Shown here one piece after another: positions 9,366 through 16,871 of a stretch of DNA of 33,242 nucleotides. Origin of the DNA: an uncultured virus (IMG/VR IMGVR_UViG_3300030060_005326) (Duplodnaviria; Heunggongvirae; Uroviricota; Caudoviricetes); the IMG/VR virus record IMGVR_UViG_3300030060_005326, one strand, 5' to 3'. The translations under genes were made by a program, and so were the position numbers. Each line of letters starts with the position of its first letter. Positions within the stretch are counted from its first letter, which is position 1. The notes beneath the pieces were generated by a model. That model was given only the letters and a program-made list of their open reading frames with translations, did not search any database and was not told where the DNA came from.

Positions 9366-9439
9366 TATGTTATTGGGCTTTTATGCGCTTACCCAAGGGC
9401 GGATGACTAACCAGTGTGATATAAACACCGACGCATTAC

Positions 9440-9631
9440 CTAATCTGTAACGAGTTCCAATTCAGTTTCCTTATGGAGATCCTGAAGATTCTTCTCAAGC
9501 CCTTCCAAAAGAATTCTATTAGCAATCAGAGCAGTCTGTGAATTTTCCAGAACTGATTCTAACTCCTGAATAGTCTTCTTCATGGCTTCGATTTCAGTCT
9601 CGTAAACTTGTTGTGGTGTAAGGGTAGCCAT
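9440..9631 (-). CDS. Small coiled-coil hypothetical protein
   Basis: 63 aa with Leu/Glu heptads; starts 1 nt after the upstream stop. Confidence 0.7.
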   Translation of the reverse strand: MATLTPQQVYETEIEAMKKTIQELESVLENSQTALIANRILLEGLEKNLQDLHKETELELVTD

Positions 9632-9632
9632 A

Positions 9633-10289
9633 TTACTGATTCATAAACCCTTCCACAAATGAGATTACTTCTTTGCTTGGCTCATCTTGCGTAATAGCAA
9701 GAGAAGGTGCAAACCATGAATACTTACCTCTGGTGATAGCAGAGGAAGTAAGATTCCACAACCTAGTGTGAATTGGTGTAGTCTTGTTAAATACAGCAAA
9801 GGTAGTCAACCTTTTGAAGGTCTGCCTATAGGCATCCTTCGCTACATTAATGCGACCCATAGCGTAGTTCTTCTTACCAAGCGGAAGAGGGAAAGCCTCA
9901 ACATCATCATCCCCCTCAAAGAGGAAAGTGATCTCAGCAAATTCAAGGAGGTTATACTCGCTATCCAAAGCTAGTTGATTCTTCTCTGCTTCAGACCCCG
10001 CAATTCTGGGGACATCGTCAGAGTCATAAGGGATATCCTCTCTCCATTGCTTTGTTGCAATCAAAGGAATAACCTTAATAGCCGTCTCTGGCTGGGCTAA
10101 TACAATAGACTTATCTAGGACGATAGACCCGTAAGGAGCGGGTTCGCCATCGCGACAAGTAATGTCGCTAGTCTTTTGGACTACGTTCACGCGAGGGATG
10201 TCAATATCCGAAGCGTCGATTGTGTCTGGCAGTGCTGCTGTTGACAGTGCATTGACAGGTTGGGTTGCTAGTTCAGTTTCTTTACTCAT
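9633..10289 (-). CDS. Putative single-stranded DNA-binding protein
   Basis: 'DIDIPRVNVVQKTS' N-terminal motif, aromatic beta-strands (GKYSWFAP), and position between DUF2800 exonuclease and PolA where SSBs usually sit. Confidence 0.6.
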   Translation of the reverse strand: MSKETELATQPVNALSTAALPDTIDASDIDIPRVNVVQKTSDITCRDGEPAPYGSIVLDKSIVLAQPETAIKVIPLIATKQWREDIPYDSDDVPRIAGSEAEKNQLALDSEYNLLEFAEITFLFEGDDDVEAFPLPLGKKNYAMGRINVAKDAYRQTFKRLTTFAVFNKTTPIHTRLWNLTSSAITRGKYSWFAPSLAITQDEPSKEVISFVEGFMNQ

Positions 10290-10331
10290 GTTTCTAGTTT
10301 CTTGTTTCTAGTTTCTTGTTTCTTGTTATCC
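10290..10331 (-). repeat. Tandem heptamer array, 5 x GTTTCT(A/T) plus one degenerate unit, filling the gap before the SSB start
   Basis: gtttcta gtttctt gtttcta gtttctt gtttctt gttatcc; on the mRNA strand it reads (WAGAAAC)5-AUG. Confidence 0.9.
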
Positions 10332-11447
10332 TCAAGACAATGTATGCCTTGCGGGAGATTCTTCGATGATCCCTTGGTCGTTGCATCTCTGCATAAACTC
10401 ATCGGATCTTTTTTGCTTTTGTCCCCTCTCGGCTTTGTCACCGATTGACTTCGCCACTTTCGCGAGAGGGATGGAAACTTGTTCTAAGACTTGATCGCTG
10501 TCCAATCCAAAGTCGTTAGCCAGCTTAATAAATTTCTTTTTGTCTGTAATGTTACGCCTACCCGCCATTTGTTTCAGGCGAAGGTTAGGAAACTCCAGCC
10601 CTTCTTGAGCTAATTTGATTGCTCTCTTCTTAAATCCGTCCGCCCAATTGGTAACGATTTTTTGTATAGCCCACAGTTGCTCAATTACTTCGGGATCTTC
10701 TGTAGAATCAAGGTCAACATCAGGGAGGTGTGGGTTAATCTTTTTAGCTACCTCTACAACAAGCCCACCTAGAGCAGGGCAAATGTCCTCAAACTTACAG
10801 AATCTACAATTCACTGTTGGAGTAAGCTCTCCCAATTCTGGGGTTCCCTTATCCCACTTTGGTCTAACTCTTTCTGCTTCTAAAATTACAGAAGACAGAT
10901 CATCAATTAATTCCTCAAGCTCTCCCCTAATAAAAGTATCAGATAAAATCTCATTGCGTTGGGGGATGAAAAACACGAATTCAATTTTCTCCAACTTAGG
11001 GAACTTTTGAAAACAACCTATGGTATAAGCACGGGCTTGGTAATTATTTTTGGGGGTGTCAATCTTACTAATGCCAGTCTTGTAATCGATCAAAACTCCC
11101 TCTGTTTCACCATATATGCTTAGGTGATCACAGGTTCCAAAAGTAGATGTTCCTTTTAGAGCAATGTCTAAAACAATCTCTGAATATGTTTCAGATAATA
11201 TTCTGTCTTGGTAGTTTTTGAGATACTCCGTTTGATCCGCAATGATCTCTTCGTATATGGAGACCTCTTCTTCAGACTGTAAGTTGCTAGGATCAAGAAC
11301 TTCTATAGCTTCATGGATACGAGTTCCCATTTCTGCAGCAGCATTAGTGCCTTCTCTACCTTTGTAGCCAGCACAACCCGCGCAATATTTTAAGGAGGAC
11401 GGAGAAAACTCAGCGTGTCCTCTGTCAGCGTGGTCTGGTTTTATCAT
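10332..11447 (-). CDS. DUF2800 / Cas4-like PD-(D/E)XK exonuclease
   Basis: HAEFSPSS..CAGC, GTRIHE, FGTCD, IDYKTG, Q..AY and CRFCKFEDICP cysteine cluster. ATG at 11447 preferred over GTG at 11456. Confidence 0.85.
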   Translation of the reverse strand: MIKPDHADRGHAEFSPSSLKYCAGCAGYKGREGTNAAAEMGTRIHEAIEVLDPSNLQSEEEVSIYEEIIADQTEYLKNYQDRILSETYSEIVLDIALKGTSTFGTCDHLSIYGETEGVLIDYKTGISKIDTPKNNYQARAYTIGCFQKFPKLEKIEFVFFIPQRNEILSDTFIRGELEELIDDLSSVILEAERVRPKWDKGTPELGELTPTVNCRFCKFEDICPALGGLVVEVAKKINPHLPDVDLDSTEDPEVIEQLWAIQKIVTNWADGFKKRAIKLAQEGLEFPNLRLKQMAGRRNITDKKKFIKLANDFGLDSDQVLEQVSIPLAKVAKSIGDKAERGQKQKRSDEFMQRCNDQGIIEESPARHTLS

Positions 11448-11454
11448 CAGACGC

Positions 11455-11483
11455 ACTTTGGATCAGACCTCAAAGGAGGTCAA
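11455..11483 (-). promoter_or_regulatory. Sigma70-like promoter TTGACC-N17-CAAAGT with upstream A-tracts
   Basis: ATG 11447 lies 7 nt after the -10; upstream AAAAAAATTGAAAAAATAA resembles an UP element; GACCTC-AAAG-GAGGTC inverted repeat (11466-11481) overlaps the -35/spacer. The -10 is weak. Confidence 0.45.
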
Positions 11484-11491
11484 TTATTTTT

Positions 11492-11977
11492 TCAATTTTT
11501 TTGTGAGTCCCTATAATACCGTGCAACAAGGAACGCATCGACCATCCCGTCATGAGGTTTCCGACACCTCTTGTTTTTAATCCAACACTCTTTCGGGGCT
11601 AGTTCTTCCGCTTTGGCAAGGGCAGCTTGTTTAGTCATTCCCTTAGCAATGAAGCCTAACATTTTTTTCTGCCACTTATGGACTGAGATTCTTTGAACGT
11701 CATATTCATTTGCTTCCGCCATCCCCACAATCTTCCCAAAAGACAAAGCCATAGATCTCACAGCTTGTGAACTTTTTGCATGAGCTAGTGGTTCTTCAAT
11801 GGCAATAGTAAAGGGCGTGTTAAGAAACAATATCCATTGTTTCAAAGCGCGAGTATCAACTTCTCTTTTTTTAGCAACCCATTTTGTGGGCATTACAATC
11901 TTGTCTATTACTGATCCATCAAACTTAGATATAGCGCAAAGCCCACCATCTAATCCGTTATCAATTCCTATGATCAA
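11492..11977 (-). CDS. RuvC-like Holliday junction resolvase
   Basis: MIIGIDNGLDGG, IAIEE, 'FGKIVG', 'WQKKM', 'HDGMVDAFLVA': RNase H-fold acidic residues D, E, D, D. Confidence 0.85.
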   Translation of the reverse strand: MIIGIDNGLDGGLCAISKFDGSVIDKIVMPTKWVAKKREVDTRALKQWILFLNTPFTIAIEEPLAHAKSSQAVRSMALSFGKIVGMAEANEYDVQRISVHKWQKKMLGFIAKGMTKQAALAKAEELAPKECWIKNKRCRKPHDGMVDAFLVARYYRDSQKN

Positions 11978-12240
11978 AATAAATTTAAAGTAATTATTAA
12001 TCCGTCTCCTTCTGCAGGAGCATATATAAATACATTCTTGAGGAGGGACTGTAAAAAGAAAACTTCTTTGGCAGTAGATGGAATAACTTTATAGAAAGTT
12101 CCTTCTAGTTGTTTTATTGAAAAACTGAAATCATCCTTCGAGGGATTATCTTTTCGTATAATCACTTTAGGGTCATGGACAATTTCTCTGTCTTCAAACA
12201 ACGTCATTACTTTTCTACTATACTCGTATCCAAGAAGCAT
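11974..12240 (-). CDS. Hypothetical protein (probable start ATG at 12207)
   Basis: Open frame coupled to both neighbours by start/stop overlaps. Confidence 0.6.
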   Translation of the reverse strand: MLLGYEYSRKVMTLFEDREIVHDPKVIIRKDNPSKDDFSFSIKQLEGTFYKVIPSTAKEVFFLQSLLKNVFIYAPAEGDGLIITLNLF

Positions 12241-12536
12241 GGAGCTGCTGGGCCTAGATCAGCGTCAATAAGCTGGGACAAAGCAAACCCTGCATCTTCT
12301 TCTGATAACCCATGCTCTTCTTGCAAAATAGCTTTAGCTATAGAGCTGCTGTAACAAGCGACAGGAGGGCCATTAGCAAGTTCAACTATGCCAACTAAAG
12401 CTTCTTCTAGTTGGTGGAAGAATATAACTTCCGCAAAACTTGATACTCTTGTATCGCTAGGTGTTATACTCCTTCCGTGATACGGGTCTTTCTTAGGATC
12501 ATAATACCAAGAAAAATTATCAAAGTTATTTATCAT
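12207..12536 (-). CDS. Hypothetical phage protein
   Basis: 'EEALVGIV...PVACYS...ILQEEHGLSEEDA...LGPAAPCF' resembles a small protein family common in aquatic phages; no function recognised. Confidence 0.65.
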   Translation of the reverse strand: MINNFDNFSWYYDPKKDPYHGRSITPSDTRVSSFAEVIFFHQLEEALVGIVELANGPPVACYSSSIAKAILQEEHGLSEEDAGFALSQLIDADLGPAAPCFLDTSIVEK

Positions 12537-13101
12537 TTGGATCTATGTCTATTATGGTTCCCTTTCCTCTATCTGCTTTCCTGTTATTAAGAATAGATAT
12601 ATCTATCTGCATTTTGCTAGATGCTCCTCCTCCTGTTTTAGCGTTAAGCCCTAAGTTGCGCCTAATTAGTTGATCAAGTTCTGAAAGTTCTCTAACTGTC
12701 TTTGGGCCTTTTAAATTATTCATATTGTCTCTTAGAAGTTTTATTCCTGCTGCAGCAATGTAGTGTTGATACTTGTCTGCTGGACTACTTTGACTGTCGG
12801 CAATCTCCATCATTGCTTGATCTTCTTCCATACGAGCATCATGTTTTGCTCTAAGGACAGCTTCGTCAGTCATGTTTTCTAAGTTTTGCTCTATGTCTTC
12901 GGCTAGTTTATCTACAGGCTCTTCTACTTTTGGTGTCATTTCCAAACCGTTTTTCCTTGCAGGGATGCCTCTTTTTTTAAACCACCTCCTTACAGTTCCT
13001 GCATGAACGCCTAGCTCTTTTGCAATAGAACTAGTTTTCCAGTCTAGGTTATATAACTCAACTGCACGTTCTTGTATTTCCTGTTTGGAATTGATACCCA
13101 T
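12526..13101 (-). CDS. HTH DNA-binding protein, candidate terminase small subunit
   Basis: N-terminal HTH (KTSSIAKELGVHAGTVRRWFKK), helical middle, C-terminal 'MQIDISIL' strand as in TerS proteins; head-to-head with terL. Confidence 0.6.
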   Translation of the reverse strand: MGINSKQEIQERAVELYNLDWKTSSIAKELGVHAGTVRRWFKKRGIPARKNGLEMTPKVEEPVDKLAEDIEQNLENMTDEAVLRAKHDARMEEDQAMMEIADSQSSPADKYQHYIAAAGIKLLRDNMNNLKGPKTVRELSELDQLIRRNLGLNAKTGGGASSKMQIDISILNNRKADRGKGTIIDIDPNDK

Positions 13102-13128
13102 TTTTTTCTGACTTATTGTTTACAATAA
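13091..13128. promoter_or_regulatory. Divergent control region with palindrome TTATTGT-TT-ACAATAA and promoter-like boxes
   Basis: Perfect 7-bp inverted repeat at 13113-13128; TTGATA-N17-TATTGT (13091-13119) and TACAAT (13121-13126) on the + strand. Confidence 0.5.
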
Positions 13129-13130
13129 TT

Positions 13131-14918
13131 ATGGCTTTAAATGAACAAAGGAGCAAGCAGTTACTAGAACCTAAAATTGATCCTAAAACTAAAAGGATGG
13201 ATGTGGGTGGTTTTGAAATACCTCCGACTAGTTTGCTTACGGCACTTCTATACGGTTTTGCTAACCATGAAGCAGTAACTGCAAGGGAATATTATTTTTG
13301 GAGGATATGTGATGAGTTATGGAATAACGATGATTTACCAGAAAAATTAATGGTTCGTCATCCTTGGGCTACTCTCATGATTCGTGCAGCCCTAGAGAAT
13401 AAATACCTTGCTGTTGGGGGGAGTGCTTCATCAGGAAAGAGTCACACTATGGCAGCTTGGGGTATCATTAACTGGTTATGTCAACCACAAGACACACTGG
13501 TTTTAATGACATCCACCACGCTTCGTGAAGCCCGTAAACGAATCTGGGGTAGTGTAATGTCTCTGCTGTCAGTGATAGATGATGCACCGATCAAGATACG
13601 GGATTCAATTGGCAACGCAGCTTACATTAATGAGAAAGGAACGCTCATCGAAAGAGCGGGGCTTTCTTTGATTTCCGCAGAAAAGAGCAAGACTAAAGAA
13701 GCTGTCGGAAAATTTATTGGTATCAAACAGAAAAGAGTGATCCTGATTGGTGACGAGCTTTCAGAACTTTCTGAAGCTATCTTAAATGCAGGACTTACAA
13801 ACCTTTCTAAAAACCCATCATTCCAGATGATAGGAATGAGCAACCCGAATAGCAGGTTTGATGCATTCGGTATTTGGTCTACACCCAAAGATGGTTGGGA
13901 TAGTGTGGACACAAACCTTGATGATGGGTGGGATACAAAGTGGCAGGGTAAATATCTACGTTTAGACGGGGAAAAATCTCCAAACATTCTGGCAGGAGAA
14001 ACTATATACCCTTGGCTACCAACAGAGGAAAAACTCACTGAAGACAAAGCATTACTTGGAGTTGAAAGCAGGGGTTATATGCGAATGGTCAGAGCTGTCT
14101 TTTTCGACAGTGACGAGACAACAGGCATATATACTGAGAATGAGATCACATCTAGCGGAGCCATGAAGAAAGTAGAGTGGCAAGGGACACCTGTTAATCT
14201 ATGTGGTATTGACCCTGCTTTTACAAACGGTGGAGATAGAACAATTTTATATACCGCTAAATGTGGGTATGACACTAGTGGTCAGTATGTTATAGAGTTT
14301 GGTGAGGCCATACACTTGAACGACGATGCAACCAACAAAGCAGTTCCACGAACTTATCAAATTGTTCAGCAAATAAAAGACAAGTGCTTGAAGCTAAAGA
14401 TATTACCAGAGAATGTAAGTGTTGATGCCACGGGCGCGGGTGCTCCTTTTTGCGATGTTTTGGCGGGGGAGTGGTCTAATAAGTTTATGCGTATTTCGTT
14501 TGGGGGGAAAGCCAGTGACAAGCGGGTCAGTGCTAATAGCCCTAAAGTTGGTTTGGATTTGTATGTAAACCGAGTGTCAGAGTTGTGGTTTGTGGGAAAA
14601 GAATTGATGAGGACAAAGCAGGTGTTTGGCATCAACTCAGATCTGGCCCAAGAAATAACTGAAAGGAATTATGACATGGTTAAAAGCGGGAGTCTCCGCA
14701 TGAAGATTGAATCGAAGCCAGAGTTTAAAGCTCGCTTCGGCAGGAGTCCTGACTTAGCGGATGCAGCCTTTTTAGCCTTAGATTGTGCAAGGCAAAGGCT
14801 GGGATTAGTGGCGGTTGATCCGCCTGACACCACAAACGCTACAATGCCTTATAGACGAACAACTATAAAAAATTTAAGTAATGCTTTACAAAACGCTGAG
14901 ACCACCCTCATCGATTGA
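13131..14918 (+). CDS. terL: Terminase large subunit
   Basis: Walker A GSASSGKS, Walker B ILIGDE, coupling motif GMSNP, nuclease GIDPA..GGDRT, VDATG.G, SPDLADA. ATG 13131 preferred over TTG 13116. Confidence 0.92.
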   Translation: MALNEQRSKQLLEPKIDPKTKRMDVGGFEIPPTSLLTALLYGFANHEAVTAREYYFWRICDELWNNDDLPEKLMVRHPWATLMIRAALENKYLAVGGSASSGKSHTMAAWGIINWLCQPQDTLVLMTSTTLREARKRIWGSVMSLLSVIDDAPIKIRDSIGNAAYINEKGTLIERAGLSLISAEKSKTKEAVGKFIGIKQKRVILIGDELSELSEAILNAGLTNLSKNPSFQMIGMSNPNSRFDAFGIWSTPKDGWDSVDTNLDDGWDTKWQGKYLRLDGEKSPNILAGETIYPWLPTEEKLTEDKALLGVESRGYMRMVRAVFFDSDETTGIYTENEITSSGAMKKVEWQGTPVNLCGIDPAFTNGGDRTILYTAKCGYDTSGQYVIEFGEAIHLNDDATNKAVPRTYQIVQQIKDKCLKLKILPENVSVDATGAGAPFCDVLAGEWSNKFMRISFGGKASDKRVSANSPKVGLDLYVNRVSELWFVGKELMRTKQVFGINSDLAQEITERNYDMVKSGSLRMKIESKPEFKARFGRSPDLADAAFLALDCARQRLGLVAVDPPDTTNATMPYRRTTIKNLSNALQNAETTLID

Positions 14919-14943
14919 CTTTTGACTCGAAACACTTTATATT
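14915..14943 (+). promoter_or_regulatory. Sigma70-like promoter TTGACT-N17-TATATT
   Basis: The -35 overlaps the terL stop; ATG 14951 lies 7 nt after the -10. A second TTGACT-N16-TAAGCT is nested at 14922-14949. Confidence 0.65.
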
Positions 14944-14950
14944 TAAGCTT

Positions 14951-15823
14951 ATGCCGTCTCATACACAGTCGTTCGGAGAAAAACAACTTTTAAAGGAAAT
15001 TGATAGGGAAAAGCGATTAGCCGATCAGCTAAAGGAGGAACAAGAGAGGCTGGTGAGCGCGGGTGCTTCAGACTTTGATATAGCTGAATTTGCAAGACAA
15101 GGCGCAGGGCTTCTGAGATCCGTGCAGATGTCACAAGAAGATAGTGACGCATTGTCACAACCTCTTGCAGATGCTGTTAATCCTGAAGAAGAACAGGCTG
15201 CTAGAGAAGCAGCGGAGAAAGAAGAAAGAGACTACAACAGAAAGAGAAATTTAGAAAATCGTAACGAAAGAATTTCTTTGAGGAAAAGACTGACTGACGC
15301 GATGAACTTGTCGGTCGAAGAGGGTAGAGAAGAAAGGCTTGCCGAAATAAAAGACGAAGGAATCAACGATCTAGGAATTGATCAGCAAGCTATGACTCGT
15401 GAAGTTCTTGAAGAGAGATCAAGAATTGGAAGAGAATTTGGTGAGAAAGTAAGAGCACAACGTGATGCAAAACAGAAAGCTGATTATGATGCATTCTTTG
15501 CACGGGCAAATGATCCGAATAGAACACTAGGTGTTGGAAGTCGAAGAACCGTTTACTCTAGAAATGCGGGACTTAGAAAAGCCAGAAAGCTCAGAAGGAT
15601 GGGCTTCACAAAAGCAGCAGAGCAAGCAGCCGAAGATTGGGCTAGGTCTGCAGAGAGTGATGCGCCAGCAATTAGCACTCCTGCTATGAGGGCAAAGCAA
15701 GCTCAAGATGCTTCCAGATTACAAGAGGTAAGAGAGTCTAATAGAAGACTTCAGCAACTACTTCTTCAAAGAGGTATTAAGCAAGTAGACGAAGACCCTG
15801 ATTTCAAGCCTTTCAACCGATAA
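14951..15823 (+). CDS. Putative internal virion (ejection) protein 1
   Basis: Helical, E/R/A/Q-rich, Cys-free; first of a small-medium-giant series. ATG 14951 preferred over TTG 14915. Confidence 0.55.
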   Translation: MPSHTQSFGEKQLLKEIDREKRLADQLKEEQERLVSAGASDFDIAEFARQGAGLLRSVQMSQEDSDALSQPLADAVNPEEEQAAREAAEKEERDYNRKRNLENRNERISLRKRLTDAMNLSVEEGREERLAEIKDEGINDLGIDQQAMTREVLEERSRIGREFGEKVRAQRDAKQKADYDAFFARANDPNRTLGVGSRRTVYSRNAGLRKARKLRRMGFTKAAEQAAEDWARSAESDAPAISTPAMRAKQAQDASRLQEVRESNRRLQQLLLQRGIKQVDEDPDFKPFNR

Positions 15824-15827
15824 CAAA

Positions 15828-16844
15828 ATGGCGGAACCAAGCTTAAATTTTTCGACAGACATTGCTCCTATTAGGAATTCTTTTGGTCTCACTAGTAGTG
15901 AGGCTTCTTTTACCAATAGGGTAGCAGATGAGGCAATGGCTCCTCAACTTGACATGATGCTCAAACTGAGAAGTCAATTGACGAGAGAAAGAAACGCTGA
16001 CTTAGCTTATGAGACAGGTTTGTTTGATCTACAGCAGAAGAAGAAAGAGGAGGAGGACAAAATAGAATTTGCTCAGAAATCAGAAAGACTCATGCAGCCT
16101 TTGGAAGAGATCATGAATGATCCATTTGAAGATCCATATGAGCAAATGCAAGAGCTTCAAAGACTTGCTATGGAGAACAATCAAATCTTACAAAAATCTC
16201 CCCAAGCAAAACAGCTATTCGATTCAGCAACTAAATCTCTTCAGGCTAAGTTGAATCAACAAAATCAAAAGTATGCTAGAGATTCAGAGAAAAGAGCAGA
16301 ACAAAGATTAATTGATAGAGAACAAGATCCTACTTCCCTTCTCTTGACTGAGGCTCGTGGTATTAGGACAGCAGAAGATCTTACAGCTTTTAAAGAAAAA
16401 CTTCTCGATGGTGGTTCCACTGATAAAGAAGAAGCTTTACTAGGAATAGGTGCTCAATCAGTTGAGGCGAAAAAAGAACTTAGGGCAAAAGAAACACGAG
16501 AGCAAAATCTGGCCCAAGCAACTGCGCGTCAAAGACGGGCAGACAATTTACTTAAAATAGATCAAGATTATCTAGATGATTTAAGTGCTCAACTCAAAGC
16601 TGTTGCCTCAGATATGGCTGATATTGAGGGGGACGATCCTGATGCTCTTAGTAGAAGACAGTCACTCTTAGACCAATTCCAAGGATATGAATTACCTGAT
16701 GGTTCTACACTAACAGGAGTTAGTAATGTAGGAGATGTTTCTAGGGCGATAGCGGAACAACGCAAAAAACTCAGAGATAATTATAATGCAAATTTAGGAA
16801 CCACTTCTTCTAGGAGAAGAGTTGGAGGAGGCTTCAACCGATAA
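15828..16844 (+). CDS. Putative internal virion (ejection) protein 2
   Basis: 338 aa, coiled-coil-like, Cys-free; immediately precedes the giant gene. Confidence 0.55.
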   Translation: MAEPSLNFSTDIAPIRNSFGLTSSEASFTNRVADEAMAPQLDMMLKLRSQLTRERNADLAYETGLFDLQQKKKEEEDKIEFAQKSERLMQPLEEIMNDPFEDPYEQMQELQRLAMENNQILQKSPQAKQLFDSATKSLQAKLNQQNQKYARDSEKRAEQRLIDREQDPTSLLLTEARGIRTAEDLTAFKEKLLDGGSTDKEEALLGIGAQSVEAKKELRAKETREQNLAQATARQRRADNLLKIDQDYLDDLSAQLKAVASDMADIEGDDPDALSRRQSLLDQFQGYELPDGSTLTGVSNVGDVSRAIAEQRKKLRDNYNANLGTTSSRRRVGGGFNR

Positions 16845-16871
16845 TTTAAAAACACCATATACGCTTCTGCT

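Noticed and set aside
10332..11447. Cas4-like gene as part of a CRISPR-Cas system
   Set aside because: No repeat-spacer array or other cas genes seen; DUF2800-type nucleases are routine in phage replication modules.
11466..11500. GACCTC-AAAG-GAGGTC hairpin with T-rich tail as an intrinsic terminator
   Set aside because: The T-tract is on the + strand while flanking genes are on the - strand, and the stem is short. It is better read as part of the minus-strand promoter, though an antisense terminator is not excluded.
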